Made by a program: the position numbers and the translations under genes
The notes under the pieces: generated by a model
What the model saw: the letters and a program-made list of their open reading frames with translations, nothing else
The model's database searches: none
Told to the model about the DNA's origin: nothing
Shown here: one piece after another, positions 1 to 9,614 of the stretch
Layout: each line of letters starts with the position of its first letter
How positions within the stretch are numbered: position 1 is the stretch's first letter
Assembly (NCBI GenBank): GCA_024655865.1
Contig: JANLFM010000004.1
Span: forward strand, 19,040-83,039
From: Caldisericota bacterium
GTDB taxonomy: Bacteria > Caldisericota > JANLFM01
Direction: 5' to 3'
DNA length: 64,000 nucleotides

Positions 1-61
1 CAATTAAAAACATAGAAATCGGGAAGGACTACTTTAAAATTTATCAACTGAGTGTGGCTTT

Positions 62-508
62 ATGGATAAGATCAGAACTTCTGTTTGTATAGCAACCTAT
101 AACGAGGCAAAATTCTTAAAAGAGCAGATAGAAAGCTTGCTCCATCAAACAATTTTACCGGACGAAATAGTCGTTTCTGACGATAGTTCTTCAGATGACA
201 CTCCACGGATATTGGAAGAATATCAAAATAGGCATCCGAGATTGTTTCGTATTTTCTTGCACAAGGACAACCTTGGTTTTGTTGGAAACTTCGAGCGATG
301 CCTAAAAGAGGCGCGGGGAGACTTTGTGGTCCTATGTGACCAAGATGACATCTGGCTTCCGGAAAAACTTGAAAAGCAAATAAGAATTTTTCAGCAATAC
401 CCTGAAGTGGGGATGGTATTTTGCGATCTTAAAGTCGTAAACTCTAACTTAGCTCTGGTTCGGAATTCTTTTTGGGACATCTTGGGCTTTCGCGAAGAGG
501 GTGACTAA
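62..508 (+). pseudogene. Truncated N-terminal fragment (148 aa) of a family-2 glycosyltransferase; likely a gene remnant
   Basis: The GT-A N-terminal motifs are present (CIATYNEA...VVSDDSSSDDT...DQDD), but the ORF stops after ~150 aa where a GT2 normally runs ~300 aa. The region is low-GC and an AT-rich non-coding stretch follows. Confidence 0.45.
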
Positions 509-736
509 GGCTTCTTCAATAATAAGAAAAATATTCTTCAGATGGCTTTTCCTTTCACTACTCCTTTCTTTCACGCAGTTCCTTAATTAACTTTTGCTAT
601 TATGCTTCCACAGAAACTGCCTTCTTGTTGATTTGGTTTATAAGTTAATCTACAGGGGATTAATGGTATTTTAGGCCGTAACGCGAATTTCTGTGCATAC
701 ACTATAGCTGTTTTCTGTTTCAGTTTTATCAAGCCA

Positions 737-1630
737 TTAATTAAAGTCATCGAACTCGCGTTTTCCTAACCGATTTAACATTCCGTCTTTTAAACCCTTA
801 AGTGTAGCATTAAGCTTTCGTTTCTTATCCGCTTCGCCGATGACAATCTTTATCAGCTCTTTGAACATCTGTACTGCCTCAAACCAGCACCAAGATGGAT
901 AAATATGCCAATAGAGTCTAATAAGATAAATTCGATTTCTGGCTATATAGTAACGTCTGATATATGAATGATTGGAGACCCAAAATTTTCTACCGAAGAT
1001 GGATTTTTGTTCCAAATTACCCAATCGGTGTAACAAGCAAGCTTCAGAAACATATTCTATCAAATAGCCCAAGTAATTGAGCCTGAGACAAAATTCATTA
1101 TCAACCGAGTCAATAAACAAATCCTCTTTAAAAAACCCAATATTAGGGATTAAAGATAAACGAATTAAACTCCCCGAGGTAATTCTAGTGAGGGGATTTT
1201 GTGGAATAGGAATTTTACTCCTGGAGTTTGGTGCATTTACCTCAATGATTTTAGGCGCCAGCATCGCCACGCGCCTCTGTTTATTCGGCGAAAGCTCAGC
1301 GTAGTGTTTTAGCATCTGGGGGACCATCCTTGGCATGGCTTGACTATCTTGATCCAGGGCAAGTAACCAATCAAAATTAGCATCAATGGCAAATCGCAAA
1401 CCCTGGTTGAGAGCAGCGGATACTCCCAAGTTCGATTGATTTAAAATTAGACTAACCCGGTTGCGATCAGCAGCTTGTAAATTTTGGATCAATGAAACAG
1501 TATCAGATTTAGAGCCATTATCAACAATTAGGACATGGTCTACCTGGTCTTTAATAGATTTAAGATTCTCCCGGATCTCTTCCTTTCCATTATATGTGAC
1601 TATAACTGCACAAACTGACTGTGAATTCAT
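737..1630 (-). CDS. Family-2 glycosyltransferase (rhamnosyltransferase-like)
   Basis: Carries VIVTYNGKE...VDNGSKSDT...LALDQD GT-A motifs. It heads the rfb operon on the minus strand. Confidence 0.8.
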   Translation of the reverse strand: MNSQSVCAVIVTYNGKEEIRENLKSIKDQVDHVLIVDNGSKSDTVSLIQNLQAADRNRVSLILNQSNLGVSAALNQGLRFAIDANFDWLLALDQDSQAMPRMVPQMLKHYAELSPNKQRRVAMLAPKIIEVNAPNSRSKIPIPQNPLTRITSGSLIRLSLIPNIGFFKEDLFIDSVDNEFCLRLNYLGYLIEYVSEACLLHRLGNLEQKSIFGRKFWVSNHSYIRRYYIARNRIYLIRLYWHIYPSWCWFEAVQMFKELIKIVIGEADKKRKLNATLKGLKDGMLNRLGKREFDDFN

Positions 1631-1640
1631 GAATTGACCT

Positions 1641-2543
1641 TTAAGCCTTCATAAATTTTGCAAGTTCTTCTTGCCATAAAGGCGCTGGCATAGTTAGAAA
1701 AAGAGTCGAGTAGGAGGGGCGTGGCGCAGGTCGAGATAATTGGAGAGTCTTAATGGGTTCAACCTTTTTAGAAATTTCAGCCAACTGTAAAATAGCCTGT
1801 GCAAATTCATACCAAGAAATCCCGTTCCCTGCATCATCGGTGTAATGGTGAATACCATACCAGCCAGTCTGAATTAAATCAGCGATTGCCCGGGAAAGGC
1901 TTTTGGTGTGCGTCGGAGAGCCTATCTGGTCGTCTACAACCTCCAGGCATTCCTTTTCCCTTGCCAATTTCAAGATCGTAGTGACGAAGTTTTTTCCATA
2001 TTTTCCATAAAGCCAACTTGTGCGCACGATGTAAAAACGGGAACAATGCCACTCTACGAATTTCTCCCCAGCGAGTTTGGTGTATCCGTACCAGTTTATG
2101 GGATTAGGTGGATCCAAGGGGCGGTAAGGGGTTTTCTTCGTGCCATCGAAGACGTAATCCGTGCTGATTTGAACCAGCTCACATTTTTTATCTTCACAGG
2201 CTAAAGCCAGGTTCTGCACTCCTAAGGCGTTAATTGCGTAAGCCAGGTCCCTCTCTACTTCAGCCTGATCCACGTTGGTGTAAGCGGCGCAGTTAATCAC
2301 AATTTGCGGATGAAAATGCTCAATGGCTTCAAAAACTGCCTTGCGGTCAGTAATATCAAGCTCCTGCCTGCCTAAAGGGATTACATCATGCCCCTGGTCC
2401 CTTAAAATTGGGACGAGGTCCTGCCCAAGCATCCCTTTGGCACCGGTGACCATTATCCTCATTATTTGCTCCAGAACCCCTTGCTCTCTTTTTGCAGTCG
2501 TTCCTTTAAGGGCTTCCACCAATGAGAATTGTTCATATACCAC
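1641..2543 (-). CDS. rfbD: dTDP-4-dehydrorhamnose reductase; probable true start at the internal MRIMVTGAKG (~2462), overlapping the rfbB stop
   Basis: Has the MVTGAKGMLG Rossmann motif and RmlD-like length and composition. It is adjacent to rfbB and rfbC. Confidence 0.85.
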   Translation of the reverse strand: MVYEQFSLVEALKGTTAKREQGVLEQIMRIMVTGAKGMLGQDLVPILRDQGHDVIPLGRQELDITDRKAVFEAIEHFHPQIVINCAAYTNVDQAEVERDLAYAINALGVQNLALACEDKKCELVQISTDYVFDGTKKTPYRPLDPPNPINWYGYTKLAGEKFVEWHCSRFYIVRTSWLYGKYGKNFVTTILKLAREKECLEVVDDQIGSPTHTKSLSRAIADLIQTGWYGIHHYTDDAGNGISWYEFAQAILQLAEISKKVEPIKTLQLSRPAPRPSYSTLFLTMPAPLWQEELAKFMKA

Positions 2544-3460
2544 TCCACCGTGCGCCGAATACCTTCCTCAAAGGAAGTAGCTGGGTTCCATCCCAGTTCA
2601 GATTCGATTTTGGTGTTGTCCAAAGCATAGCGAAAATCATGGCCTGGGCGATCGGGGACAAATTCAACCATTTCCTCGCTCTGCCCCATTATTTTCAGCA
2701 CCTCTCGAACAACCTCGATGTTGTGCTTCTCGCATTTCCCCCCTATATTGTAGGCCTCACCAGGCTTTCCTCTCTCCAGGATCAGGTCAATCGCTCGGCA
2801 ATTATCCTCCACGAAAAGCCAGTCCCGGACATTCAACCCCTGTCCATAAACGGGGACCTTCTTTCCCTCAATCAAATTTGTGATCATCAAGGGAATGAGC
2901 TTCTCCGGGAATTGATAAGGCCCATAATTATTCGAGGGTCGAGCAATGCACACTGGAAGCCCATAAGTGGTGAAATAGGATTGAACGAGAAGGTCCGCTG
3001 CTGCTTTGGAGGCGGAGTAGGGAGAACGAGGACGAAAGGGGTCGGTTTCCTTAAAAAGGCCCTCTTCACCCAATGCGCCATAGACCTCATCAGTGGAGAT
3101 ATGGACAAATTTTTTGATCCCGTGTTTCAGGGCTGAATTCAAGAGGACCTGGGTTCCCATAACGTTGGTTTTTATAAAAGGAGCTGCATCCAGAATGGAC
3201 CTATCCACGTGGCTTTCCGCCGCAAAGTGAACCACAGCCTCAACTCCCTCCAGGGCTTCTTCGAGCCTTTCTGCATCTTCCACCCTGCCGTGAACGAATC
3301 GGTATCGGGCCTCATTCTCAATGTCCTTCAGGTTCTCAATGTTCCCGGCGTAAGTCAGGGCATCAAGGTTTACGATTTCCACATCAGGGTGTTTATTTAG
3401 CATGTAGCGGATGAAATTTGATCCAATAAAACCATACCCTCCGGTTACCAGGATTTTCAT
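2462..3460 (-). CDS. rfbB: dTDP-glucose 4,6-dehydratase
   Basis: Begins MKILVTGGYGFIGSNF, carries YSASKAA (YxxxK) and is ~330 aa. Confidence 0.9.
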   Translation of the reverse strand: MKILVTGGYGFIGSNFIRYMLNKHPDVEIVNLDALTYAGNIENLKDIENEARYRFVHGRVEDAERLEEALEGVEAVVHFAAESHVDRSILDAAPFIKTNVMGTQVLLNSALKHGIKKFVHISTDEVYGALGEEGLFKETDPFRPRSPYSASKAAADLLVQSYFTTYGLPVCIARPSNNYGPYQFPEKLIPLMITNLIEGKKVPVYGQGLNVRDWLFVEDNCRAIDLILERGKPGEAYNIGGKCEKHNIEVVREVLKIMGQSEEMVEFVPDRPGHDFRYALDNTKIESELGWNPATSFEEGIRRTVEWYMNNSHWWKPLKERLQKESKGFWSK

Positions 3461-3957
3461 GGCATATCCTCCAATTTAAATTTGGAATGGGGATCGTTCT
3501 CGTGGCGCACCTCATCAACTGGTTCTTTTTTGCCACGCCCAGCGTAGAGGCGATTGGGAAAATTTAGCACCAGTCCATCTTTCCCCCCCACGTTTTTGTA
3601 TGCATGGACCACTCGAGGGGGCACAATCAGGCAAGCAGGCCGCGATTCCCCCAAAAGCAATTTAATATGGAGACCGTAAGATGTAGACTCCGGCCTGTTG
3701 TCCCAGAGATGCACCTCAAAATCAGAGGGCCCGAGGAAAGCGAAAAAATCGCTTTGCTCCAGGTGCTCGTGAGGGCCCCTGGCTATTCCGGGAAGGGTTA
3801 AGGAGATATAGGACATTACCGGGACATATTCCCTTAATCCTGCCTCTTCCAGAAAATCCAGGCGGAAGGTTTCCATAAGCCAACCTCGCTGATCCTGGAA
3901 TTTTGTAACGTCCCACATCACAACTCCTTCAATTTCCAGCTTCTGAATAGGAATCAT
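3457..3957 (-). CDS. rfbC: dTDP-4-dehydrorhamnose 3,5-epimerase
   Basis: Cupin protein of 166 aa, RmlC-like, positioned between rfbB and rfbA. Confidence 0.85.
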   Translation of the reverse strand: MIPIQKLEIEGVVMWDVTKFQDQRGWLMETFRLDFLEEAGLREYVPVMSYISLTLPGIARGPHEHLEQSDFFAFLGPSDFEVHLWDNRPESTSYGLHIKLLLGESRPACLIVPPRVVHAYKNVGGKDGLVLNFPNRLYAGRGKKEPVDEVRHENDPHSKFKLEDMP

Positions 3958-5042
3958 AGCTCCACCTCGCTGTAGTCTCCAACCATTAACCTCAAAGCCC
4001 GATGTTTGTCGTGTCCTTTGATCCTTGCCTGGCGGCCAACCACGCTGTCCTCAATACGCTCCACATTTTCCAGAAAGCTGTTTTCCAGAATTACTGAGTG
4101 TTCTATGTCCACGTGCTTCAAAGTGCACCCGTTACCAATCGAGGTGTAAGGGCCAATGAAGGAATTCTCTACTTGTGACCCTTCTCCGAGAATTGCCGGC
4201 CCTCTGATAGTGGAATCCCGAACTACAGCTCCTTTTTCAATCTGTACCCTCCCGCTTATTGAGGTGTTAATAACTTCTCCCTCAATTTGCCTTTTGGCGT
4301 AAGTATCCAAAACTATGGTGTTCGCTTCTAATAGGTCGTCCTTTTTTCCAGTATCGAGCCACCAGCCCTCCACAATTTTGGGGTAGATTTTGCCTCCGGA
4401 GTTCAAAAGCTCCTGAATGGCATCGGTAATCTCCAACTCTCCACGCCAGGAAGGTTTGATCTTCTCGATTGCTTTGTGGATCTTCGGGGAAAAAATGTAC
4501 ACCCCCACAAGCGCCAAGTTCGAAGGGGGCTCCTTGGGCTTTTCAATTAACCTTTGCACCTTGCCCTGTCCATCCAAAACTGCCACACCAAAAGCCCTAG
4601 GGTCCGGAACTTCTTTTAAGAAGATTACGGCATCGGCTTTCTCCCTCTTGAAAATCTCCATCCCCTCCTGGATGCCTTCCTGCAGTAAATTGTCGCCTAG
4701 ATACATCACAAAGGGGCAATCTCTAAGAAAGGGTTGGGCGATTTTCACGGCATGAGCGAGGCCCGCCGGCTTATCCTGATACACATAAGTAAGCTCCATC
4801 CCCCATTTTGAGCCATCTTTGAGAAAAGCCTTGACGTCCTCCCCTGTCTCCGGGGCGATGATGACCACGGTGTCTTTAATTCCACCCTCTCCCAGATGGC
4901 CGAAGACATAGGAAAGTATCGGCCGATTGGCCACCGGGATTAATTGTTTTGCGGTGGTAAAGGTAAGGGGTCGTAGGCGGGTTCCCTTCCCGCCGCTAAG
5001 AACTAAACCCTTAAATTGATCCATTTCTTCCAACAATGTCAC
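3954..5042 (-). CDS. Glucose-1-phosphate thymidylyltransferase, long form with a C-terminal left-handed beta-helix
   Basis: Has the LSGGKGTRLRPLT nucleotidyltransferase motif. The 362-aa length and C-terminal hexapeptide-repeat region match the archaeal/long type. Confidence 0.8.
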   Translation of the reverse strand: MTLLEEMDQFKGLVLSGGKGTRLRPLTFTTAKQLIPVANRPILSYVFGHLGEGGIKDTVVIIAPETGEDVKAFLKDGSKWGMELTYVYQDKPAGLAHAVKIAQPFLRDCPFVMYLGDNLLQEGIQEGMEIFKREKADAVIFLKEVPDPRAFGVAVLDGQGKVQRLIEKPKEPPSNLALVGVYIFSPKIHKAIEKIKPSWRGELEITDAIQELLNSGGKIYPKIVEGWWLDTGKKDDLLEANTIVLDTYAKRQIEGEVINTSISGRVQIEKGAVVRDSTIRGPAILGEGSQVENSFIGPYTSIGNGCTLKHVDIEHSVILENSFLENVERIEDSVVGRQARIKGHDKHRALRLMVGDYSEVEL

Positions 5043-5079
5043 TCCCTTTTAAATAGTTTAGTAAACTCCTCGGATACTT

Positions 5080-6105
5080 TCATTTTTTGGAAAAACAAAG
5101 CTGAAACCATTTCTGAAGAGTCGTTGTATATTTTTTTAAAATTTTTGCGTTTACAATTTCCTCCTGAGTAATGGAGCCTCTCTTCCCTCTTAAGGCGTGC
5201 CAGATTCCCAGGATGCGGGCAACGGTAATTTTAGGGTCCTCTTTGAACTCCCTTTTGAACAGTGAGGTTAAGAGGATAAAAAGAACTAAGCCTGTGCGAA
5301 GAAAAAGAGCGCACAAAAAATGCAATAATGAATAATTTCTTCTTGCGAAAATTAATGCGTTTCTCGTACCATAATACGTCAGCAGGTAAGAACTTTCAGC
5401 TAGCGTTATACTCCCTTTGTGCCAGACAATTGAATTTGGCTCATAATAAGTTAGCCAGCCCTTTTTTCGCCCCTGTACCATCCAATTAGTATCTTCCCAG
5501 TATAGGAAGTAACTTTCATCCATCAACCCAATTTGATTCAGCGCTTTTACTCGCACTAACAAACTCGCCCCGGTGACAAAGTCCACCGTTTTTCTTTTTG
5601 AGAATTCGTGTTGATCTTTCTGCCCAAAACCAATGTGGCGAGTAACTGCTTTCCAGGGATATACTTTCCCACCTGCATGTTGAATCAAGTCAGGTTGATC
5701 AAAGAAAAAAATTTTGCTTCCTACAAAAGCAGCTTTCTCCTCTTCTTGTGCACATTTTACGAGCATCTTCAGGGACTTAGGCGCAACGATTACATCGTTA
5801 TTAACAAGCCAGATAAATTCTGCACCTTCTTCTATTGCCATTTTTATCCCTACATTGTTTCCACCAGCGAATCCCAGGTTTTTGGGCAACTCTAAATATT
5901 TAATCTTTGAACATTTTAACTTTAAGGTCTCTATGAATTCCCTTAGTTTTTCTCTATCTGCAACATCAGAACTATTATCAATTATTAATATTTGGAAATT
6001 TTCATACTCAAGACCAAGCAAGGAATTAATGCATTGGATGCAATCCTCATGCCGATTAAAATTGAGAACAATTATCCAGGTTAACGGTTCAAATTGTGTA
6101 TTCAC
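5080..6105 (-). CDS. Family-2 glycosyltransferase with C-terminal membrane anchor
   Basis: Carries IIVLNFNRHED...IIDNSSD...NNDV GT-A motifs and a hydrophobic C-terminus. Confidence 0.75.
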   Translation of the reverse strand: MNTQFEPLTWIIVLNFNRHEDCIQCINSLLGLEYENFQILIIDNSSDVADREKLREFIETLKLKCSKIKYLELPKNLGFAGGNNVGIKMAIEEGAEFIWLVNNDVIVAPKSLKMLVKCAQEEEKAAFVGSKIFFFDQPDLIQHAGGKVYPWKAVTRHIGFGQKDQHEFSKRKTVDFVTGASLLVRVKALNQIGLMDESYFLYWEDTNWMVQGRKKGWLTYYEPNSIVWHKGSITLAESSYLLTYYGTRNALIFARRNYSLLHFLCALFLRTGLVLFILLTSLFKREFKEDPKITVARILGIWHALRGKRGSITQEEIVNAKILKKYTTTLQKWFQLCFSKK

Positions 6106-7214
6106 TTTAACCTCTCGTACTCCTTTAAAATACTACGAGCCGTATTTTCCCATGAAAACATTTTCCACCTTTGAAGCCCTTTTTCCTTTAAGGTCTGGCG
6201 GGATGAGGAGTTTAAAAGCAGGGACTTGACGCCCTCTCCCCAGGCATCCAGATTATCAGGTGGAAGGAGTAGGGCGGCATCTCCCAGAACCTCTGGCAGT
6301 GAGGTACAATTTGAGGCCACAACAGGGAGGCCGTAGGACATGGCTTCCAGGGGAGGAAGGCCAAAGCCCTCCGAGAGGGAGGGGAAGAGGAAAAGCAGGG
6401 CATTTTTATAAAGAATGCTCAGCTCCTCCGGACTCACATAACCCAACAAAAGCACCAGCTCAGGATCAGTCTTTGATAATTCCAGCTGGAATTCCTGGTA
6501 ATCAGGGTCCACTGCCCCAGCTATAACCAGCTTTAAGCTGGGAAAGGACTTCTGAAGTTCCCGAATCAAGCGCACGAGGAGAGCTACATCTTTGTGGAAG
6601 CGGACGTTTCCACAGTAGAGAAGGTAATCCCTTAAATTGTATTTTTCCAGGAAAGTGCGCTCCCTCTCCGGGGGAGCTTCAGGTGGAGGCTCCACCCCAT
6701 TATAAATAACTCTGATTTTTTCCCCGGGAATCCCCATTTCAATGAGGCTTTGAGCGGTGAACCGGGAAACCGCAAAGACCGCTTCAGCCCTTCTCGAAGC
6801 TCTCCTCACCATTATCTGGAAATAAGCTCTGGCCGCCGGGGAATACTGCTGAGGAAAGCGCAAGGGAGTTAGGTCATGGATGGTTACGATCAATTTTCCG
6901 CGCCAGAAAAAAGGAGCGTTGAAGTGGGGAACATGGAACAAGAAGATGTTCCTGTCCCGAAGCAGGCGGGGTATTTCCCAGTGCTCTTTCAGCCTCAGGG
7001 GCGGGGTTGAACATTCCAAAAATTGGAAGTTCTCTTTCTTGGGGAGGAACCTTTGAGCAAAAGGCGGACCAAAGATGGTGAATTTTAAGCTTGAAGGAAG
7101 TTCAACTTTAGAAAAACCAGTGAGCAGACCTTTAATATGTGCTCCAATACCACTGTATTTTTCCCTTAAGAAGCGGGCATCCAGAGCAATGTGAAACTCC
7201 CTCTCGCTACTCAT
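6102..7214 (-). CDS. Family-4 (GT-B) glycosyltransferase
   Basis: C-terminal EGFGLPPLEAMSYGLPVV motif. Confidence 0.8.
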   Translation of the reverse strand: MSSEREFHIALDARFLREKYSGIGAHIKGLLTGFSKVELPSSLKFTIFGPPFAQRFLPKKENFQFLECSTPPLRLKEHWEIPRLLRDRNIFLFHVPHFNAPFFWRGKLIVTIHDLTPLRFPQQYSPAARAYFQIMVRRASRRAEAVFAVSRFTAQSLIEMGIPGEKIRVIYNGVEPPPEAPPERERTFLEKYNLRDYLLYCGNVRFHKDVALLVRLIRELQKSFPSLKLVIAGAVDPDYQEFQLELSKTDPELVLLLGYVSPEELSILYKNALLFLFPSLSEGFGLPPLEAMSYGLPVVASNCTSLPEVLGDAALLLPPDNLDAWGEGVKSLLLNSSSRQTLKEKGLQRWKMFSWENTARSILKEYERLK

Positions 7215-8323
7215 AGGCTCTCGATCACGTCTTCCCAGCGGGAAAGAAAAACATCCTGAGAGAAGTCATTTACGATCCTCTCTCGAGCGAATGAGGAAAA
7301 TTCCTCCCTTCCCTGGCGGAATAAATCCATGATGGCCTTGGAAAGTTCCATTGCGTCCTTGGGGGAAATGATCAATCCCGTCTGGCCGTGCAAGTTATAG
7401 AAGCTCGTTCCCGTTCCAATTTCCGTGGTGATCACGGGAACCCCGCAAGCCATAGCCTCACAGGCCACAAGGCCAAAGGCTTCGCTCCGAGCGATGGAGG
7501 GCAGAACGAAGACGTCTGCTCCCCGGTAAACAGAAGGGAGCTCTTCGTCCTTCACGGGAGGGATAAAGACCACTCTCTCTTCCAAGTGAAGTTCTTTAAC
7601 CAGGGAAAGCAGTTTTGGCTTTCCCTCTCCGTCCCCCACGAGGACCACTCTGACATTCTGGGGAAGAGAGGGGACGGCCTTGATCAGGTATTCCAAACCC
7701 TTGTAGTAAGCGAATCTCCCCACGTAGAGAACGATGGAGAACCCTTCCTGCCGAATTTGGGAAAGGATGGGGTGCACAGGACCCTCAGGGGTGAAAAAAT
7801 CAGTATCCACGGCCAGGGGAATGATGCGCACCTTTTCCTTGAACTGGGAAAGGATGGGAGAAGTTTGGGCATAGTTGGGGGAGGTGGCGACGATGTATTT
7901 AGCCCTGGAAAGGAAAATCCGGGTTTCCAGGTCGTAGAAGGGTTTGAGGGCTTTCTGTCTCACCACATCGGAATGGTAGAGAACGATTTTGGGAGGGTTA
8001 GCGTTGACTATGAGTTCGGCCAGCTCCCCTGCGGGATCGGGAAAGTGGTGGATGATGAGGTCAGCTTCCCTGGAAAGCTTTTTGTAGAAGCTAGGAAAGG
8101 AGAAACTGAAGGGGGCGCTGGAGACATAAAAAGAAGTCTTCACTAATTGCAGGTGAACTCCATTTAATTCCTTTTCCTCTGTCTTCGGCCCACAGGCCAA
8201 AACGGTAATAGAATATCCTTCTTGCGCCAATCCCTCCCCTAACCTCTGGACGACCTTCTCCACCCCTCCGATGTGAGGGAAGTAGAGTTTATTCACCTGA
8301 AGGACGCGGGGTTTTTTGTCCAT
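7211..8323 (-). CDS. Family-4 (GT-B) glycosyltransferase
   Basis: Carries SEAFGLVACEAMACGVPVI and is translationally coupled to its neighbours. Confidence 0.8.
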   Translation of the reverse strand: MDKKPRVLQVNKLYFPHIGGVEKVVQRLGEGLAQEGYSITVLACGPKTEEKELNGVHLQLVKTSFYVSSAPFSFSFPSFYKKLSREADLIIHHFPDPAGELAELIVNANPPKIVLYHSDVVRQKALKPFYDLETRIFLSRAKYIVATSPNYAQTSPILSQFKEKVRIIPLAVDTDFFTPEGPVHPILSQIRQEGFSIVLYVGRFAYYKGLEYLIKAVPSLPQNVRVVLVGDGEGKPKLLSLVKELHLEERVVFIPPVKDEELPSVYRGADVFVLPSIARSEAFGLVACEAMACGVPVITTEIGTGTSFYNLHGQTGLIISPKDAMELSKAIMDLFRQGREEFSSFARERIVNDFSQDVFLSRWEDVIESL

Positions 8324-8339
8324 TATTCCGGGGCCGCGA

Positions 8340-9410
8340 TCAAGGTTTTCCCAGCCTCACTTCCGTCTCGTCCCCCACGTGCAGCCTCAAGCCAGGAATT
8401 CCATTTTCCTCCTGTACGATCGTCGCCCTGCGCCCCACGATGCTCGATTCCAGACGGGGAATGTTCACCACTTGGGCCTCCTTCATCAGGATGCTGAAGG
8501 CAATCCCAGAATTTTTAACCAGAGCGTCCTCCCCGATGCTGGTGAAGGGCTCAATCAGCGAATCTTCAATCCTGGCGTTTTTCCCGATGATCGCCGGGCC
8601 CCGGATCTCGCTTCTTTCCACCCTGGCCCCCTCCTCCACGGTCACCCTTCCCGTGATCTTGCTCTCTCTGATTTCTCCTTTGAGGGAAAAGCAAGCTTGA
8701 AGGTCAAGAAGCAGGCGGTTGGCCTCCAGGAGGTCTTCCTTCTTCCCCGTATCCAGCCAGAAGCCCTGGGCAATCCTGCCCTTCACCTGGAAGCCTTTTT
8801 CCACGAGGAACTGGATGGCGTCCGTGATCTCGTACTCGTTCCTTGAGGAAGGCTTGAGGGAATCGATGGCTTCCTGCACCGCACCTGAGAAAAAGTACAA
8901 GCCGATGATGGCGTAAGGTGAGGGAGGCTCCTGGGGCTTTTCGATCACTTTGAGGATTCTGCCCTTTTCGTCCATAAGGGCCACGCCAAACCTTCGGGGA
9001 TCGGGGACTTCCTTCAGGTAAATCAGGGCATCGAGGCCCAATTGGAGGAATTCCTGGGCGCCAGGGAGGAAATCCTCCTCCAGGAGGTTGTCGCCCAAGA
9101 AAAGCAGAAATGGGTCATCCTTAAGGAAGGGATGCGCCACCTTCACGGCGTGAGCGATGCCCAGGGGTTTCTCCTGATAGATGTATTGGAATTTGGGTCC
9201 GTAGCGCTCCTCGATCTCCTGCCCTGTTTCCGGGCTCAGGACGAAGCCGATTTCCTTGATCCCTGCTCTTTCCATTTTTTCCAGGGCGTAATCCAGGATG
9301 GGCTTGTTGGCCACAGGGATCAGATGCTTGGGCATGGAGTAGGTCAGGGGTCTTAATCTCGTTCCCTTCCCCGCACAGAGAATCAGAGCTTTCAAATTCT
9401 CGCCTTTCAT
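8340..9410 (-). CDS. Second long-form sugar-1-phosphate nucleotidyltransferase (paralogue of 3954-5042)
   Basis: Carries LCAGKGTRLRPLT and a C-terminal LbH domain. It aligns along its length with the other paralogue. Confidence 0.8.
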   Translation of the reverse strand: MKGENLKALILCAGKGTRLRPLTYSMPKHLIPVANKPILDYALEKMERAGIKEIGFVLSPETGQEIEERYGPKFQYIYQEKPLGIAHAVKVAHPFLKDDPFLLFLGDNLLEEDFLPGAQEFLQLGLDALIYLKEVPDPRRFGVALMDEKGRILKVIEKPQEPPSPYAIIGLYFFSGAVQEAIDSLKPSSRNEYEITDAIQFLVEKGFQVKGRIAQGFWLDTGKKEDLLEANRLLLDLQACFSLKGEIRESKITGRVTVEEGARVERSEIRGPAIIGKNARIEDSLIEPFTSIGEDALVKNSGIAFSILMKEAQVVNIPRLESSIVGRRATIVQEENGIPGLRLHVGDETEVRLGKP

Positions 9411-9614
9411 CGTTGATCCATTATAGCGAATCTGAAAACTCCCTGTGTATTAGTTCACTATATGCGATACGCCTTCCGTCTTCCTAAAACTTAAAAGGCA
9501 TTGGCCGAAGAATATTCCCAGGAGTTACCGATATGCTTATCTCATACGGATAATTGATTTTTTTATTCCTTATGATACAATTTTGCGTAGAAATTATATC
9601 ATAGAGGATATAAT

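Noticed and set aside
7388-8146. Long plus-strand ORFs (7388-8146, 8316-8846, 9042-9356) opposite the GT4/NTase genes
   Set aside because: They are antisense shadow ORFs in GC-rich coding DNA with no recognisable motifs. The minus-strand genes have clear family signatures.
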